Source of the DNA: Candidatus Uhrbacteria bacterium GW2011_GWC2_41_11
GTDB taxonomy: Bacteria > Patescibacteriota > Patescibacteriia > UBA9934 > GWF2-40-263
Direction of reading: 5' to 3'
Assembly: GCA_000996355.1 (NCBI GenBank)
Contig: LCAH01000007.1
Location: 11,089 to 75,088 of the forward strand
Length of the DNA: 64,000 bases
A program made the translations under genes and the position numbers. Below, piece after piece: positions 1 to 9,909 of the stretch (its first letter is position 1; each line of letters starts with the position of its first letter). The notes under the pieces were generated by a model. The model did not search any database. It had not been told where the DNA came from and was given only the letters and a program-made list of their open reading frames with translations.

Positions 1-51
1 ATCAAACGTGCGCTCATGTACGTGCGTATTCACGGAGGAACCGTTTAACCT

Positions 52-822
52 ATGAGATTTGCTTGGCGGCATGACATCCGCGAATTTTTTGTTGGATGGC
101 ATTGTTTTTTTCGGGGAGGATTGCTTCTTGCACATCGACCTGCCTGGTGGCGTGCACTCATTATTCCGATTTTACTTCATGTAGTTCTTTTTACGATTTT
201 TGTTATCGTGGTCGTTGCTTTATTTGATCATTTCTTTCTTTTTTCTTTTCCACGAACTTGGTGGGCACTTTTAGCTGGACTCGTGATCTTGGTCAGTATG
301 ATTTTTTTTGTGGTCATGTTGAGTGTTCCGATACTGGTTGTTTTTGGAACGGTGATTGTTTCGCCTTTTTACGAAGTATTAGGGCGTGTTGTTTCCCAGG
401 CATATGGAGAAGCACTTCCTCAGGTGTTGTGGCGTGAGGAATGGAAACAGAGTATTCGACAGATTTTTTGGATGTTCGGATGGTATCTTGGTATGCAAGG
501 AAGTCTTTTTCTCTTGTTTCTTCTTCCGGTTGTTGGAGGACCTTTTTCAACCGTTTTTTTTGGGTTTCTGTTAACAGCAGGTTTTTTTGGAACACAGTAT
601 TTAGGATTTTCTCCCCAGTTTCGCTGTTGGGAAAGTACACGTCAACGCGCCTGGTGTTTGGAACATAAAGGGCTTATATGCGGATTTGGAATGGCAGTTG
701 GTTTTTGTTTGCTTATCCCGGGAATGAATTTTTTTGTTCCATCAGCTGCTGTTGTGGCTGGGGTGCTTTTAGTGCGTGAACATGGAGGCGATCGTGCGCA
801 TTTTCAAATCGTGAGGAGCTGA
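52..822 (+). CDS. EI24/CysZ-like integral membrane protein
   Basis: 256-aa hydrophobic ORF; VIVSPFYEVL and C-terminal LIPGMNFFVPSAAVVAGVLL resemble the CysZ/EI24 pattern. Confidence 0.65.
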   Translation: MRFAWRHDIREFFVGWHCFFRGGLLLAHRPAWWRALIIPILLHVVLFTIFVIVVVALFDHFFLFSFPRTWWALLAGLVILVSMIFFVVMLSVPILVVFGTVIVSPFYEVLGRVVSQAYGEALPQVLWREEWKQSIRQIFWMFGWYLGMQGSLFLLFLLPVVGGPFSTVFFGFLLTAGFFGTQYLGFSPQFRCWESTRQRAWCLEHKGLICGFGMAVGFCLLIPGMNFFVPSAAVVAGVLLVREHGGDRAHFQIVRS

Positions 823-840
823 TGTTATACTAGCAAACGT

Positions 841-1302
841 ATGAAAGTGATTTTACTTCGCGATGTCAAAGGTCAAGGGAAGGAGGGGGAAGTGATTGAG
901 GTATCAGAAGGATATGCCCGAAATTTTCTTTTTCCTCAAAATGTAGCTGTTCAGGCAACAGAAACTGTGTTGCGAGAGCGAAAAGAGCGTGAAGTAATCG
1001 CAGAAAGGCGTGATAAAAAGGCCTTGGATGCTGCAGCAAAACTTTCCGCAGCTTTAGATGGTTTTGAGGTTGAAATTCCACAAAAAGTGAATGAACAAGG
1101 AGGACTATATGGATCTGTACAGGCACAGGTGATTGCAGATGCATTGAAAAAGCAGAAATTTGCAGTGACTTCTGACATGGTGAGTATGCGTGAACCCATA
1201 AAAGAAGCGGGTGATTATTCTGTGACTATTAACCTTCCACATGGATTTGAAGCTCTTGTTACAATTCATATTGTTTCAAAAGGAAAAGCAGAAAAAGTAT
1301 GA
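841..1302 (+). CDS. rplI: 50S ribosomal protein L9
   Basis: [33 protein letters not shown]-terminus; LYGSV motif. Confidence 0.98.
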   Translation: MKVILLRDVKGQGKEGEVIEVSEGYARNFLFPQNVAVQATETVLRERKEREVIAERRDKKALDAAAKLSAALDGFEVEIPQKVNEQGGLYGSVQAQVIADALKKQKFAVTSDMVSMREPIKEAGDYSVTINLPHGFEALVTIHIVSKGKAEKV

Positions 1303-2930
1303 AAAAATATATTTTTGTTGTGGGTGGTGTTTTGTCTGGTGTGGGAAAGGGGGTGACCTCTGCTTCCCTTGGTGCCATTTTTCAGTCCAAAGGATTTTCT
1401 GTGACGGCTGTAAAAGCAGATCCATATGTGAATGTAGATGCAGGGACTATGAATCCAATTGAACATGGAGAGGTATTCGTCACTTGCGATGGGGATGAGA
1501 CCGATCAAGACATGGGAAATTATGAACGATTTTTGGATGTTGATTTGCGTTCAGAAAATTACATGACGACCGGTCGTGTGTATCAAACCGTGATTCAAAA
1601 CGAGCGTGCCATGAAATATAAAGGTAAGTGTGTTCAGGTCGTTCCTCATATTCCAGAGGAAATGATTCGTCGCATTCAAGGAGCTGCTGTTCAAAATAAA
1701 GCAGATATAACAATTGTAGAAATCGGAGGAACAGTAGGAGAATATGAAAATATTTTGTTTTTGGAAGCCGCTCGCATGATGAAGCTCGAACATCCAGATG
1801 ATGTTGCTTTTGTTCTTGTGAGTTATCTTCCCGTTCCATCACATCTTGGAGAAATGAAAACAAAACCAACACAGCATGCGGCTCGTGCACTTAATAGTGT
1901 GGGAATTCAGGCCAACATGATTATCGCACGCGGACCGCAAGAATTAGATACGCCGCGCAGAGAAAAACTCGCAGTGCATTGTGGGGTTCCAAAAGATCGC
2001 TGTATTGCGGCACCGGACATTGATACGATTTATCGTATTCCTCTTCTTTTGGAAGAACAGGATGTAGGGAACAAACTTTTGCATGACCTGCGTGTCAAAC
2101 CACGTCCATCAGAATTATCTTCTTGGAAGACATTTATCACTCATATTGAACATGCGCGCCAGAATGTGAAGATTGCGGTTGTAGGAAAATATTTTGGCAC
2201 AGGACAATATACACTTGCTGATTCCTACATTTCCGTTATCGAGGCGTTGAAACATGCAGCTTGGTCACATCGGTATCGTCCGGAACTTACATGGGTCAGC
2301 GCAGAAGATTTTGAAAAGGATCCAAAAACCGTTTCGCGTCTTGCAGAGTTTGATGGAGTTCTTGTTCCTGGTGGATTTGGGTCGCGTGGTATTGAAGGAA
2401 TTTTGACAGCGATTCAATTTGCGCGAGAAAAAAAAATTCCGTATTTCGGATTGTGTTATGGTATGCAGCTTGCGTGTGTGGAAGTTGCCCGTCACGTTGC
2501 GAGACTTGAAGGAGCAAATACGATTGAGGTTGATTCAAAAACATCACATCCGATTATTCACATGAATCCGCTTCAAGCCAAAAATATTCTTGAACGAAAA
2601 TATGGAGCCACCATGCGGCTTGGAAGTTATACTTGTACATTGAAAAAAGGATCCAAGGCTCGCAAAGCATACGGAATAGATACGATTCAAGAACGTCATC
2701 GTCATCGATACGAATTTAATAATACCTATCGAGAATCATTAGAGCAGTCTGGATTGGAAATGGTGGGAATAAATCCTGAATCTGACCTTGTGGAAATTGT
2801 TGAACTTAAAGATCATCCATTTTTTGTTGGGGTTCAGTTTCATCCAGAATTTCAGTCCCGTTCCATGCGACCACATCCATTGTTTGCTGCCTTTTTAGCT
2901 GCGGCTGGAAAACAAGCAAAAACAGCTTGA
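1299..2930 (+). CDS. pyrG: CTP synthase
   Basis: [49 protein letters not shown]. Confidence 0.99.
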   Translation: MKKYIFVVGGVLSGVGKGVTSASLGAIFQSKGFSVTAVKADPYVNVDAGTMNPIEHGEVFVTCDGDETDQDMGNYERFLDVDLRSENYMTTGRVYQTVIQNERAMKYKGKCVQVVPHIPEEMIRRIQGAAVQNKADITIVEIGGTVGEYENILFLEAARMMKLEHPDDVAFVLVSYLPVPSHLGEMKTKPTQHAARALNSVGIQANMIIARGPQELDTPRREKLAVHCGVPKDRCIAAPDIDTIYRIPLLLEEQDVGNKLLHDLRVKPRPSELSSWKTFITHIEHARQNVKIAVVGKYFGTGQYTLADSYISVIEALKHAAWSHRYRPELTWVSAEDFEKDPKTVSRLAEFDGVLVPGGFGSRGIEGILTAIQFAREKKIPYFGLCYGMQLACVEVARHVARLEGANTIEVDSKTSHPIIHMNPLQAKNILERKYGATMRLGSYTCTLKKGSKARKAYGIDTIQERHRHRYEFNNTYRESLEQSGLEMVGINPESDLVEIVELKDHPFFVGVQFHPEFQSRSMRPHPLFAAFLAAAGKQAKTA

Positions 2931-2994
2931 CAAGAAGACCGTGAATCGGTAGAGTCTTTGCATCTTTGGTTTGTATTTTTGTTTTTATTTATTA

Positions 2995-3118
2995 GAAAAC
3001 TTCCGTGTTTGAGCCTAGTTTTAGGAGCAAGCGAGTACCGGAAAAAGCCGTACTTCACAAGTACGGCGTTGAGGAACGGAGCTTGCGACAACAAAAAAAG
3101 CCAAACACGGAATTTTTA
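2995..3118. repeat. ERIC-like imperfect palindromic element (putative MITE) immediately upstream of rpmA
   Basis: Terminal arms AAACTTCCGTGTTTG / CAAACACGGAATTTT+TA; inner arms GCAAGC/GCTTGC; apical hairpin GCCGTAC-ttcacaa-GTACGGC. Confidence 0.6.
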
Positions 3119-3123
3119 CTCAT

Positions 3124-3405
3124 ATGGCACATAAGAAAGCTGCCGGCTCTACCCAGCTCGGCCGCGATTCCCAAGGTCAGCGCCTTGGTGTCAAAATCGC
3201 GGACGGGCAAGTCACACGAGCTGGTCAAATCATTGTCCGCCAACGCGGCACAAAAATTCATCCAGGCGTGAATGTTCGTCGTTCAAGCGATGATACACTT
3301 TATGCCGGAACAGATGGCATCGTCCATTTCAAGAAAAAGAAAGCTTTAAATTTTCATGGTATTTTACAGCTTCGCACATACGTGTCTATTGAAAAAGCTT
3401 TGTAA
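3124..3405 (+). CDS. rpmA: 50S ribosomal protein L27
   Basis: [24 protein letters not shown]...IIVRQRGT. Confidence 0.98.
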   Translation: MAHKKAAGSTQLGRDSQGQRLGVKIADGQVTRAGQIIVRQRGTKIHPGVNVRRSSDDTLYAGTDGIVHFKKKKALNFHGILQLRTYVSIEKAL

Positions 3406-3409
3406 ATTG

Positions 3410-3564
3410 TAGAACTTTCTCATTTTGCCCATTCTGGGTTTACCATGCATCGGATGGTGCATGGCTTACAGGGATCCCAGTTTTTTCTTGCTGTACCATT
3501 TAGTACAGCTTGATAAAACTTCCACCCCGTGCACCCAAACTGGTCTAAAATGAATAAAGTCCTA
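3410..3564. mobile_element. TA-flanked ~150-bp palindromic MITE-like element, copy 1
   Basis: TA-GAACTTTCTCATTTT ... AAAATGAATAAAGTCC-TA terminal inverted repeats; about 90% identical by manual alignment to the reverse complement of 55723-55875. Confidence 0.8.
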
Positions 3565-3721
3565 AGTCGTGGTTACTTTAAATAGATTTAAAAAATCATT
3601 CAGACAAAAATGTTTGAATGATTTTTTGTTTGTTATCCTTGACATTTTTGGATTTTTTTGATAAGAACTTGTTACGAATAGTTTTTGGACTTTGAAAATC
3701 AACTCGAAAGAAAGGGAAAAA

Positions 3722-4717
3722 ATGAAGCTTCGATTTCGAAAAATGGTTCGACCGGATATGGTTTTGCGGGAAGCACAGGACTTTGTATTGCAACAGAAGA
3801 GGTTGAAACGAAAAAAAGAGCTTGTTCTAAAAAGAAAACAGATATATTCAGACAGGGGTCTTCATGATGGTAACGACTTTTATTGGTGGGAAAGCATTGG
3901 TGGAGCTTGTTTTATGACGAGTGTAATCTGTTTGTTCATCTCCTTTTTTACAGGATGGAATACTTTTTTGTATGGATTTCTCTTGCCGGGTCTCATTGGA
4001 ATTTTTTTCTTGCTTGGAGTTGTTCGATTGATAGCGAGAGTACAAGTTCCATTCAAGTCGCCGAAATCAGATGAATTGCTTCCAACACGGATCGTGCCGA
4101 CCTATCTTTCCTATCAGATCAGTCTTCTCAAAAATGAACTGATTGGTAATGGAAGTCGGTATGTTTCCGTGTACGCGCAAGTGGAGAAAGTGAATCAACG
4201 GGCGCGGGCGGTTTCGGAGCAACTCATGGCACGTATGACTCGAAACAACGAACCCCCTGCTTATCTTCGCTCCAGTTTGGAACAGGCTGAGGAGGTTGTG
4301 GAGCGGACCATTCGAGTTCTTGAAGGACTTCAGAAATTTCGCGCCAAGGTCGATGGATTCCTTGCCGAGTGTGACGGAGCTGTCGGAGCGCTTTCCGGAC
4401 CGCTTCATGATCTTGAACTTGTTCATGAGGTTCAAGAACTGGCCGGTCAGACGAAACGTCTGGAGGATCAGGCACAGCAGGTAGTTTTCGACACGGTGGA
4501 AACGCTTCAAACGCGTATGTTCGCTATTCGTGGAGATGTACATAAGCGTTTTGAGGGTGTCGGTGTCCATCTTGCTTTGGAGACCTCGTCAACAGGTGAT
4601 GCGGCGAGGGATTTTGAAACACTTGAGAGAACCATCGCTGATTTCGTTCCAGCCAACCTGATCCCTGAGGCAAAGGTGCGGGCTCTTCAGAACGAGGTTG
4701 CCGGCCTCGCGATGTAA
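3722..4717 (+). CDS. hypothetical protein, 2 TM helices plus long coiled coil
   Basis: ORF with upstream TTGACA and downstream hairpin+T tract; start chosen at ATG 3722. Confidence 0.75.
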   Translation: MKLRFRKMVRPDMVLREAQDFVLQQKRLKRKKELVLKRKQIYSDRGLHDGNDFYWWESIGGACFMTSVICLFISFFTGWNTFLYGFLLPGLIGIFFLLGVVRLIARVQVPFKSPKSDELLPTRIVPTYLSYQISLLKNELIGNGSRYVSVYAQVEKVNQRARAVSEQLMARMTRNNEPPAYLRSSLEQAEEVVERTIRVLEGLQKFRAKVDGFLAECDGAVGALSGPLHDLELVHEVQELAGQTKRLEDQAQQVVFDTVETLQTRMFAIRGDVHKRFEGVGVHLALETSSTGDAARDFETLERTIADFVPANLIPEAKVRALQNEVAGLAM

Positions 4718-4846
4718 CGCTTTGAATCGATAGGATACTCATAAGAGTCCTGTCGATTTTTTTTGTTTAAAATTTTTTGACTTTTTTTCTTTTCTGATTC
4801 AGTATTTCTTGGAGAAAATTCATGTTCTTTTTGAAAGGAAAAAATC

Positions 4847-5302
4847 ATGGAGAAACGTCTCACAAAACGAATGTACTATCAAAGACTTGATGGGCAAACA
4901 TTCCATGAGTCAAGTACATTGTTTGGTCTTCAGAATGGAAGAATATGTGAATTTGAAAGAGTACTCCACGATGCGCGGTGGTATAACCGTTATGGAGAAA
5001 AACTTGGTTGGGGCGATCTCGTACCAGAAGATTTTGAAAGGATCGCGTCTGGTTTGAAAAGTGATGAACTCTTTATCATTCTCAGAAAAGTTGATATGTA
5101 CAGAGATTCATACGTGAGAGCTGGAAGTGATGAAGATCATCCTCCTCTTGAATACCTCTTGAGAGAGTGTCTCTTCATCATCCGGTCAAAAGAAATTTTT
5201 GAAATTACAGACCGTCAACAGGAAGGAACTGTGCAAGAAATTTATGGAATCTATCCTGTAAAAGTGATCCATCCCCATTCCATTCGAGGTCTTTTTATTT
5301 GA
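4847..5302 (+). CDS. hypothetical protein
   Basis: 151-aa ORF with AAGGA upstream; WYNRYGEKLGWGDL motif. Confidence 0.7.
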   Translation: MEKRLTKRMYYQRLDGQTFHESSTLFGLQNGRICEFERVLHDARWYNRYGEKLGWGDLVPEDFERIASGLKSDELFIILRKVDMYRDSYVRAGSDEDHPPLEYLLRECLFIIRSKEIFEITDRQQEGTVQEIYGIYPVKVIHPHSIRGLFI

Positions 5303-5418
5303 TAACCCGTCTCATACACAACAAATCGACATATCCATCTGTCGATTTTTTTGTTTGTCAAAACGTCCTTTTTTCGCTTATACTGTTTTGGGAGTATGGT
5401 GAACGAAAACAAAAAATT

Positions 5419-5664
5419 ATGTACGAAGATATTGAAACAATTTTGAATCAAATTCGTCCTTCATTGGAAGCGGATGGTGGAGGAATTGATCTCGTGAATG
5501 TTGATAAAGAACAGGGAATCATTCGAGTAAAATTACAGGGGGCTTGTCGTGGGTGTCCTATGGCCATTATGACATTGAAAATGGGAGTGGAGGCAGTGTT
5601 GTGTGAGCAATTTCCATGGGTACGTGAGGTGGTTGCGGTGGATGAAGAAGAAAACTTGGCATGA
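5419..5664 (+). CDS. NifU/NfuA C-terminal domain protein (Fe-S carrier)
   Basis: IRPSLEADGGGIDLV...LQGACRGCP motif; start at MYEDIE. Confidence 0.92.
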   Translation: MYEDIETILNQIRPSLEADGGGIDLVNVDKEQGIIRVKLQGACRGCPMAIMTLKMGVEAVLCEQFPWVREVVAVDEEENLA

Positions 5665-6053
5665 GTATTCGAACACGTCTGACAATGGTGCGAAACATGT
5701 ATGACGGACTGTTTGCCAGTTCACGATTTTATCGTTGGACAACATTTTTCTCTCTTTTTTTATTGGGAGGCATGATTTTTTTACCAATTTCGCGCCTTAT
5801 GCCTGTGATTCAGGGAAATGCATTTATTCCATTACATTATAATATTTTTTTTGGTGTGGATCGTTTTGGTCCTTGGGAAGAAATTTTTATTATCCCTATT
5901 GTTGGTGCATGTCTCCTTGTTGTGAACCTTATTTTTGGAGGTCTTTTTTTTGCCCATGAACGCATCCTTGCTTCATTTTTTGTGGTTGCAACATTCCTTG
6001 CCGAAATGATTCTTTTTGTTTCCATGATTTTCGTGATCTTGCTCAATGTTTAG
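5661..6053 (+). CDS. conserved membrane protein (IPLHYN..FGVD motif)
   Basis: 3 TM helices; overlaps the upstream stop and abuts mraY. Confidence 0.8.
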   Translation: MSIRTRLTMVRNMYDGLFASSRFYRWTTFFSLFLLGGMIFLPISRLMPVIQGNAFIPLHYNIFFGVDRFGPWEEIFIIPIVGACLLVVNLIFGGLFFAHERILASFFVVATFLAEMILFVSMIFVILLNV

Positions 6054-6059
6054 ATTTTT

Positions 6060-7112
6060 ATGACCCTTGAATCGTTTGAAATTATTCGTATCCTCCTTCT
6101 CACAACTGCAGCGTTTGTCATGGCGGTTGTGTGGACACCAGCGCTCACCCACGTTCTCTTTAAATATAAAATGGGAAAACGTATTCGTGATGAAGCATCT
6201 GCTCCTATTTTTTCAAAATTGCATGCAAAAAAAGCTGGAACACCAACCATGGGTGGTGTGCTTATTTGGGTGACCCTTCTTGTATTAGCTCTTGTGCTTT
6301 GGCAAGCGCATACATGGTGGCCTGAGACATGGATTGGTCAGTTAAATTTTCTGTCTCGAACACAAACCTTGCTTCCACTGGGAGCACTTGTGGCATCTGC
6401 ACTTGTGGGGCTTGTGGATGATTATTTTAATGTGCGTGGAATCGGATCCAACAATGGCGGTCTTCGCATGGGACATCGACTTTTGATTTATACAGCCATT
6501 GCTGTTGTCGGTGCTTTGTGGTTTGCGTTTAAACTTCATTGGGATCTTTTGCATGTGCCGTTTATCGGTGATTTCAATATCGGGTGGTGGTACATTCCTT
6601 TTTTTCTTTTAGTGATTGTATCCACTTCTTTTTCTGTGAATGAAACAGATGGTCTTGATGGATTGGCTGGAGGAACACTTCTTACTTCTTTTGGTGCATA
6701 CGCAGTGATCGCATTTTCTCAAGGCCGATATGACCTTGCCGTATTCTGTGGAGTGATTCTTGGTGGATTGCTCGCCTTTCTTTGGTTTAATATTCCGCCA
6801 GCACGATTTATCATGGGAGATACGGGAGCAATGTCATTGGGAGTGACTCTTGGTATTGTGGCATTGCTCACAAATACCGCGTTTCTTCTTCCGGTGATTG
6901 GAAGTATTTTTGTGTTGGAATCGCTTTCTGTAATCATTCAGCTATTTTGGAAAAAAGTGTTTAAACGAAAATGGATTCTCTCATCTCCATTTCATCATCA
7001 TCTGGAAGCCATCGGATGGCCTGAATCGAAAATTGTAATGCGTTCCTGGGTTATCTCTATGATTTCTGCAAGTCTTGGTTTAGCGTTTGTTTTGCTTGAC
7101 GCGCTCAAATAA
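6060..7112 (+). CDS. mraY: phospho-N-acetylmuramoyl-pentapeptide transferase
   Basis: KAGTPTMGG, VNETDGLDGL, FIMGDTG, PFHHHLE. Confidence 0.97.
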   Translation: MTLESFEIIRILLLTTAAFVMAVVWTPALTHVLFKYKMGKRIRDEASAPIFSKLHAKKAGTPTMGGVLIWVTLLVLALVLWQAHTWWPETWIGQLNFLSRTQTLLPLGALVASALVGLVDDYFNVRGIGSNNGGLRMGHRLLIYTAIAVVGALWFAFKLHWDLLHVPFIGDFNIGWWYIPFFLLVIVSTSFSVNETDGLDGLAGGTLLTSFGAYAVIAFSQGRYDLAVFCGVILGGLLAFLWFNIPPARFIMGDTGAMSLGVTLGIVALLTNTAFLLPVIGSIFVLESLSVIIQLFWKKVFKRKWILSSPFHHHLEAIGWPESKIVMRSWVISMISASLGLAFVLLDALK

Positions 7113-7115
7113 TGT

Positions 7116-8249
7116 ATGGCTGATCACAAACCAACGCATGCTATGGATTATACATTTCTCGGAATGGTCGGAGTGATGCTTTTGTTTGGTTTCATGATGC
7201 TCGCATCCGCTTCTGGTCCTATGAGTTATGTTCTTTCTAAAACGAATGACAGTTTGTATCTGGTGAAACATCAATTATTTTTTGGATTAATTCCCGGTCT
7301 TGTCGGTCTTTTTGTTATGAGTCGGATTCCGTATCAGTTTTGGAAAAAACATGCCTGGGGATTTTTATTGGTGAGTGTAGGACTCCTTATCCTTGTTTTT
7401 ATTCCGGGAATTCAGGCGGATTTCGGCACGTCGCATAGCTGGATTTCGATTGGAAATCTTTTTTCTCTTCAGCCGGCTGAGATTGTAAAATTGACGTTTC
7501 TTTTTTATCTTGCCGGTTGGCTCGAATCACGAGGAACACACGGAGTCAAAGATTTCCATGGGGGATTTCTTCCATTTATTTGTATTCTTGGTGTGATTAT
7601 GTTTCTTTTGATTCTTCAGCCGGATATTGGAACAATGTCTATTATTGTTGCCATTTCCATGATTGTTTATTTTACGGCTGGAGCACGTTTTCTACATCTT
7701 TCCGGTTTGGTTGCGGCTGGGATTGGACTTTTAACGTTTCTTATCACCACATCCAAATACCGTCAGGATCGTCTCATGACTTTGCTTCACCCGGAGCTTG
7801 ATCCGTCTGGAGCCGGATATCATATTAACCAAGCCCTCTTAGCTCTTGGTTCTGGCGGATTTTTTGGGTTAGGATACGGACATTCGCGACAAAAATTTCA
7901 ATATTTGCCTGAAGTATCTGGAGATTCCATTTTTGCTGTGATCGGAGAAGAGATGGGATTTTTTATGGCAGTCATTCTCCTTGCTGTATTTCTCTTTTTT
8001 TTCTGGCGAGCGCTTCGAATTGCGCGTAGTGCACCTGATTCATTTGGAAAGTATGTTACGATCGGAGTTGCCTCTTGGATTCTTGTTCAGGCGTTTGTGA
8101 ATATTGGTTCTATGGTTGGACTTCTTCCAATTACAGGAGTAACCCTTCCTTTTATCAGTTATGGAGGTACGTCCCTTGCTGTTTCTTTAGCTGCCATTGG
8201 TGTTGTGTTGAATATTTCAAAATATGCCGGAAAAACAGCCAAATTTTAA
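7116..8249 (+). CDS. ftsW: SEDS family peptidoglycan polymerase FtsW
   Basis: LQPAEIVK, QPDIGT, GLGYGHSRQK, LPFISYGGTS; lies between mraY and murG. Confidence 0.93.
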   Translation: MADHKPTHAMDYTFLGMVGVMLLFGFMMLASASGPMSYVLSKTNDSLYLVKHQLFFGLIPGLVGLFVMSRIPYQFWKKHAWGFLLVSVGLLILVFIPGIQADFGTSHSWISIGNLFSLQPAEIVKLTFLFYLAGWLESRGTHGVKDFHGGFLPFICILGVIMFLLILQPDIGTMSIIVAISMIVYFTAGARFLHLSGLVAAGIGLLTFLITTSKYRQDRLMTLLHPELDPSGAGYHINQALLALGSGGFFGLGYGHSRQKFQYLPEVSGDSIFAVIGEEMGFFMAVILLAVFLFFFWRALRIARSAPDSFGKYVTIGVASWILVQAFVNIGSMVGLLPITGVTLPFISYGGTSLAVSLAAIGVVLNISKYAGKTAKF

Positions 8250-9324
8250 TCGTACAAAAAAAATATTGTTTGCAGGAGGAGGAACCCTTGGACCTGTTAC
8301 ACCTTTATTGGCTGTGGCTGAGGCATGGCGTAAACGTGATGCATTAGTGGATATGGTTTGGGTTGGAACTCCACATGGTCCTGAACAGGAAGTTGTGAAT
8401 AAAGCAGGTATTCGGTTTCTCACCTTACTTGTGGCTCGTGTTCCTCGTTATCCAACATGGGAATGGATATGGCTTCCATTCCGTTTTCTTTTTGTCTTGT
8501 TTCAATCTGTTCAACTATTACGTCGAGAACGGCCGGATGTGATTGGTTCGGCAGGCGGATACACAGCAGTACCAATTGTGATGGCTGGATGGCTCTTGAG
8601 AATTCCTGCATGGATTCATCAACAAGATGTTCCTCCGGCTCTGACAAACAGGATCATGGCTCCATTTGCGCGGTGGATTACCGTTGCATGGAAAATATCC
8701 TTGAAAGATTTTTCTTCTTCTAAAACATGCTGGATAGGAAATCCTGTGCGTTCAAGTATACGGGAAGGGTCAAAAGAAAAGGCAAGAATGTTTTTTGATC
8801 TTGATGCCGCATATCCAACGATTCTTGTTTTGGGTGGTGGGGGAGGATCTGCGTGGTTAAATGAGAAAATGTCAGAAATTGGATCTTCACTTGTGACGCA
8901 TACAAATGTGATTCATATAACTGGAAAAGGAAAAATGCGTGTAAATTTGCAAACGTTTGGGAAGAGATACGTAGCACGTGAATTGCTTACAAACGAAATG
9001 CCTCACGCGTTGGCAATGGCTGATGTGGTTGTGTGTCGTGCTGGAATGGGAACAATCAGTGAACTTGTTGCATGGAAAAAAACAGCCATCATGATTCCGC
9101 TTCCGCATTCGCCGCAAGAGGCAAATATGGAGCAGATTTATGCGAGTCATGCAGCTATTCTTTTGTCTCAAGAACAAACAACCGCAGATAGATTACAAGA
9201 AAAAATTATATGGCTTCTTGGACAAAAAAAAGAACGTGAGCAATTGGGAGAACAGATGGGGAATATATTACCTGTTGATGCGGCAGATCGAATCGTGGAT
9301 CAGTTAATTCAATTGACAGAATAA
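8224..9324 (+). CDS. murG: UDP-GlcNAc:lipid I N-acetylglucosamine transferase
   Basis: AGGGTLGPVTP, GGY, HQQD, GNPVR, RAGMGTISE. Confidence 0.95.
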   Translation: MPEKQPNFNRTKKILFAGGGTLGPVTPLLAVAEAWRKRDALVDMVWVGTPHGPEQEVVNKAGIRFLTLLVARVPRYPTWEWIWLPFRFLFVLFQSVQLLRRERPDVIGSAGGYTAVPIVMAGWLLRIPAWIHQQDVPPALTNRIMAPFARWITVAWKISLKDFSSSKTCWIGNPVRSSIREGSKEKARMFFDLDAAYPTILVLGGGGGSAWLNEKMSEIGSSLVTHTNVIHITGKGKMRVNLQTFGKRYVARELLTNEMPHALAMADVVVCRAGMGTISELVAWKKTAIMIPLPHSPQEANMEQIYASHAAILLSQEQTTADRLQEKIIWLLGQKKEREQLGEQMGNILPVDAADRIVDQLIQLTE

Positions 9325-9357
9325 AAAAAGACCCGGAATAAACCCCAGGTCTTTTTT
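9324..9357. terminator. bidirectional intrinsic terminator
   Basis: AAAAAAGACC...GGTCTTTTT hairpin between convergent murG and a small ORF. Confidence 0.6.
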
Positions 9358-9362
9358 CGAAA

Positions 9363-9515
9363 TTATTCTGCGTCCTCTTCGTTGACATCCATATCTTCTT
9401 CATCGCCCATATCATCTATGTCATCATCTGTGTCCATTTCGGCGCATTCGTCGCATTTGGTTTCGTCATTGATTTCGACGTCTTCGGCGTGGCAGACGGA
9501 ACAAACTCCCATCAT
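9363..9515 (-). CDS. 50-aa acidic protein with two CxxC motifs (not in ORF track)
   Basis: Manual translation: MMGVCSVCHAEDVEINDETKCDECAEMDTDDDIDDMGDEEDMDVNEEDAE*. Confidence 0.7.
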   Translation of the reverse strand: MMGVCSVCHAEDVEINDETKCDECAEMDTDDDIDDMGDEEDMDVNEEDAE

Positions 9516-9688
9516 ACGTGCTTAGATTCATTTACGAATAATGCGAGGTCCACAAAAGAGTGGATCCTAACGGGCATTAGTATAACTGACGTGTTTTTAT
9601 CGTCAATATAGTTGTGGATAACGTTTTTTTTCACCGCATAATCACTTGCTTTTTTTTATTTGGTGGTATACGATTTTCGCACTTTCGC

Positions 9689-9763
9689 GCGCTGGTAGCT
9701 CAGTGGTAGAGCGGGGGCCTTTTAAGCCCAAGGTCGTGGGTCCGATCCCCACCCAGCGCACCA
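9689..9763 (+). tRNA. tRNA-Lys(TTT)
   Basis: GCGCTGG/CCAGCGC acceptor stem, CT-TTT-AA loop, encoded CCA. Confidence 0.93.
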
Positions 9764-9909
9764 AAAAAACACCGCTAAATAAGCGATGTTTTTTTGTAAA
9801 TTGACCAATCGAGTGAGTACTTTAGTTTAAAAAAAAAACGAAACTCTCCGCAAAATTGAGGTTTTTTGATATGCTGTATATATAATGCTTTCGTTTATTT
9901 TGAACATCT

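Noticed and set aside
1-48. 3' end of an upstream CDS (IKRALMYVRIHGGTV*)
   Set aside because: Too short to identify
3005-3271. 88-aa ORF overlapping rpmA, and the 28201 extension of ftsE
   Set aside because: Chance open frames running through the palindromic elements
9611-9622. Replication origin (DnaA box TGTGGATAA)
   Set aside because: Only one box noticed, no cluster and no dnaA nearby
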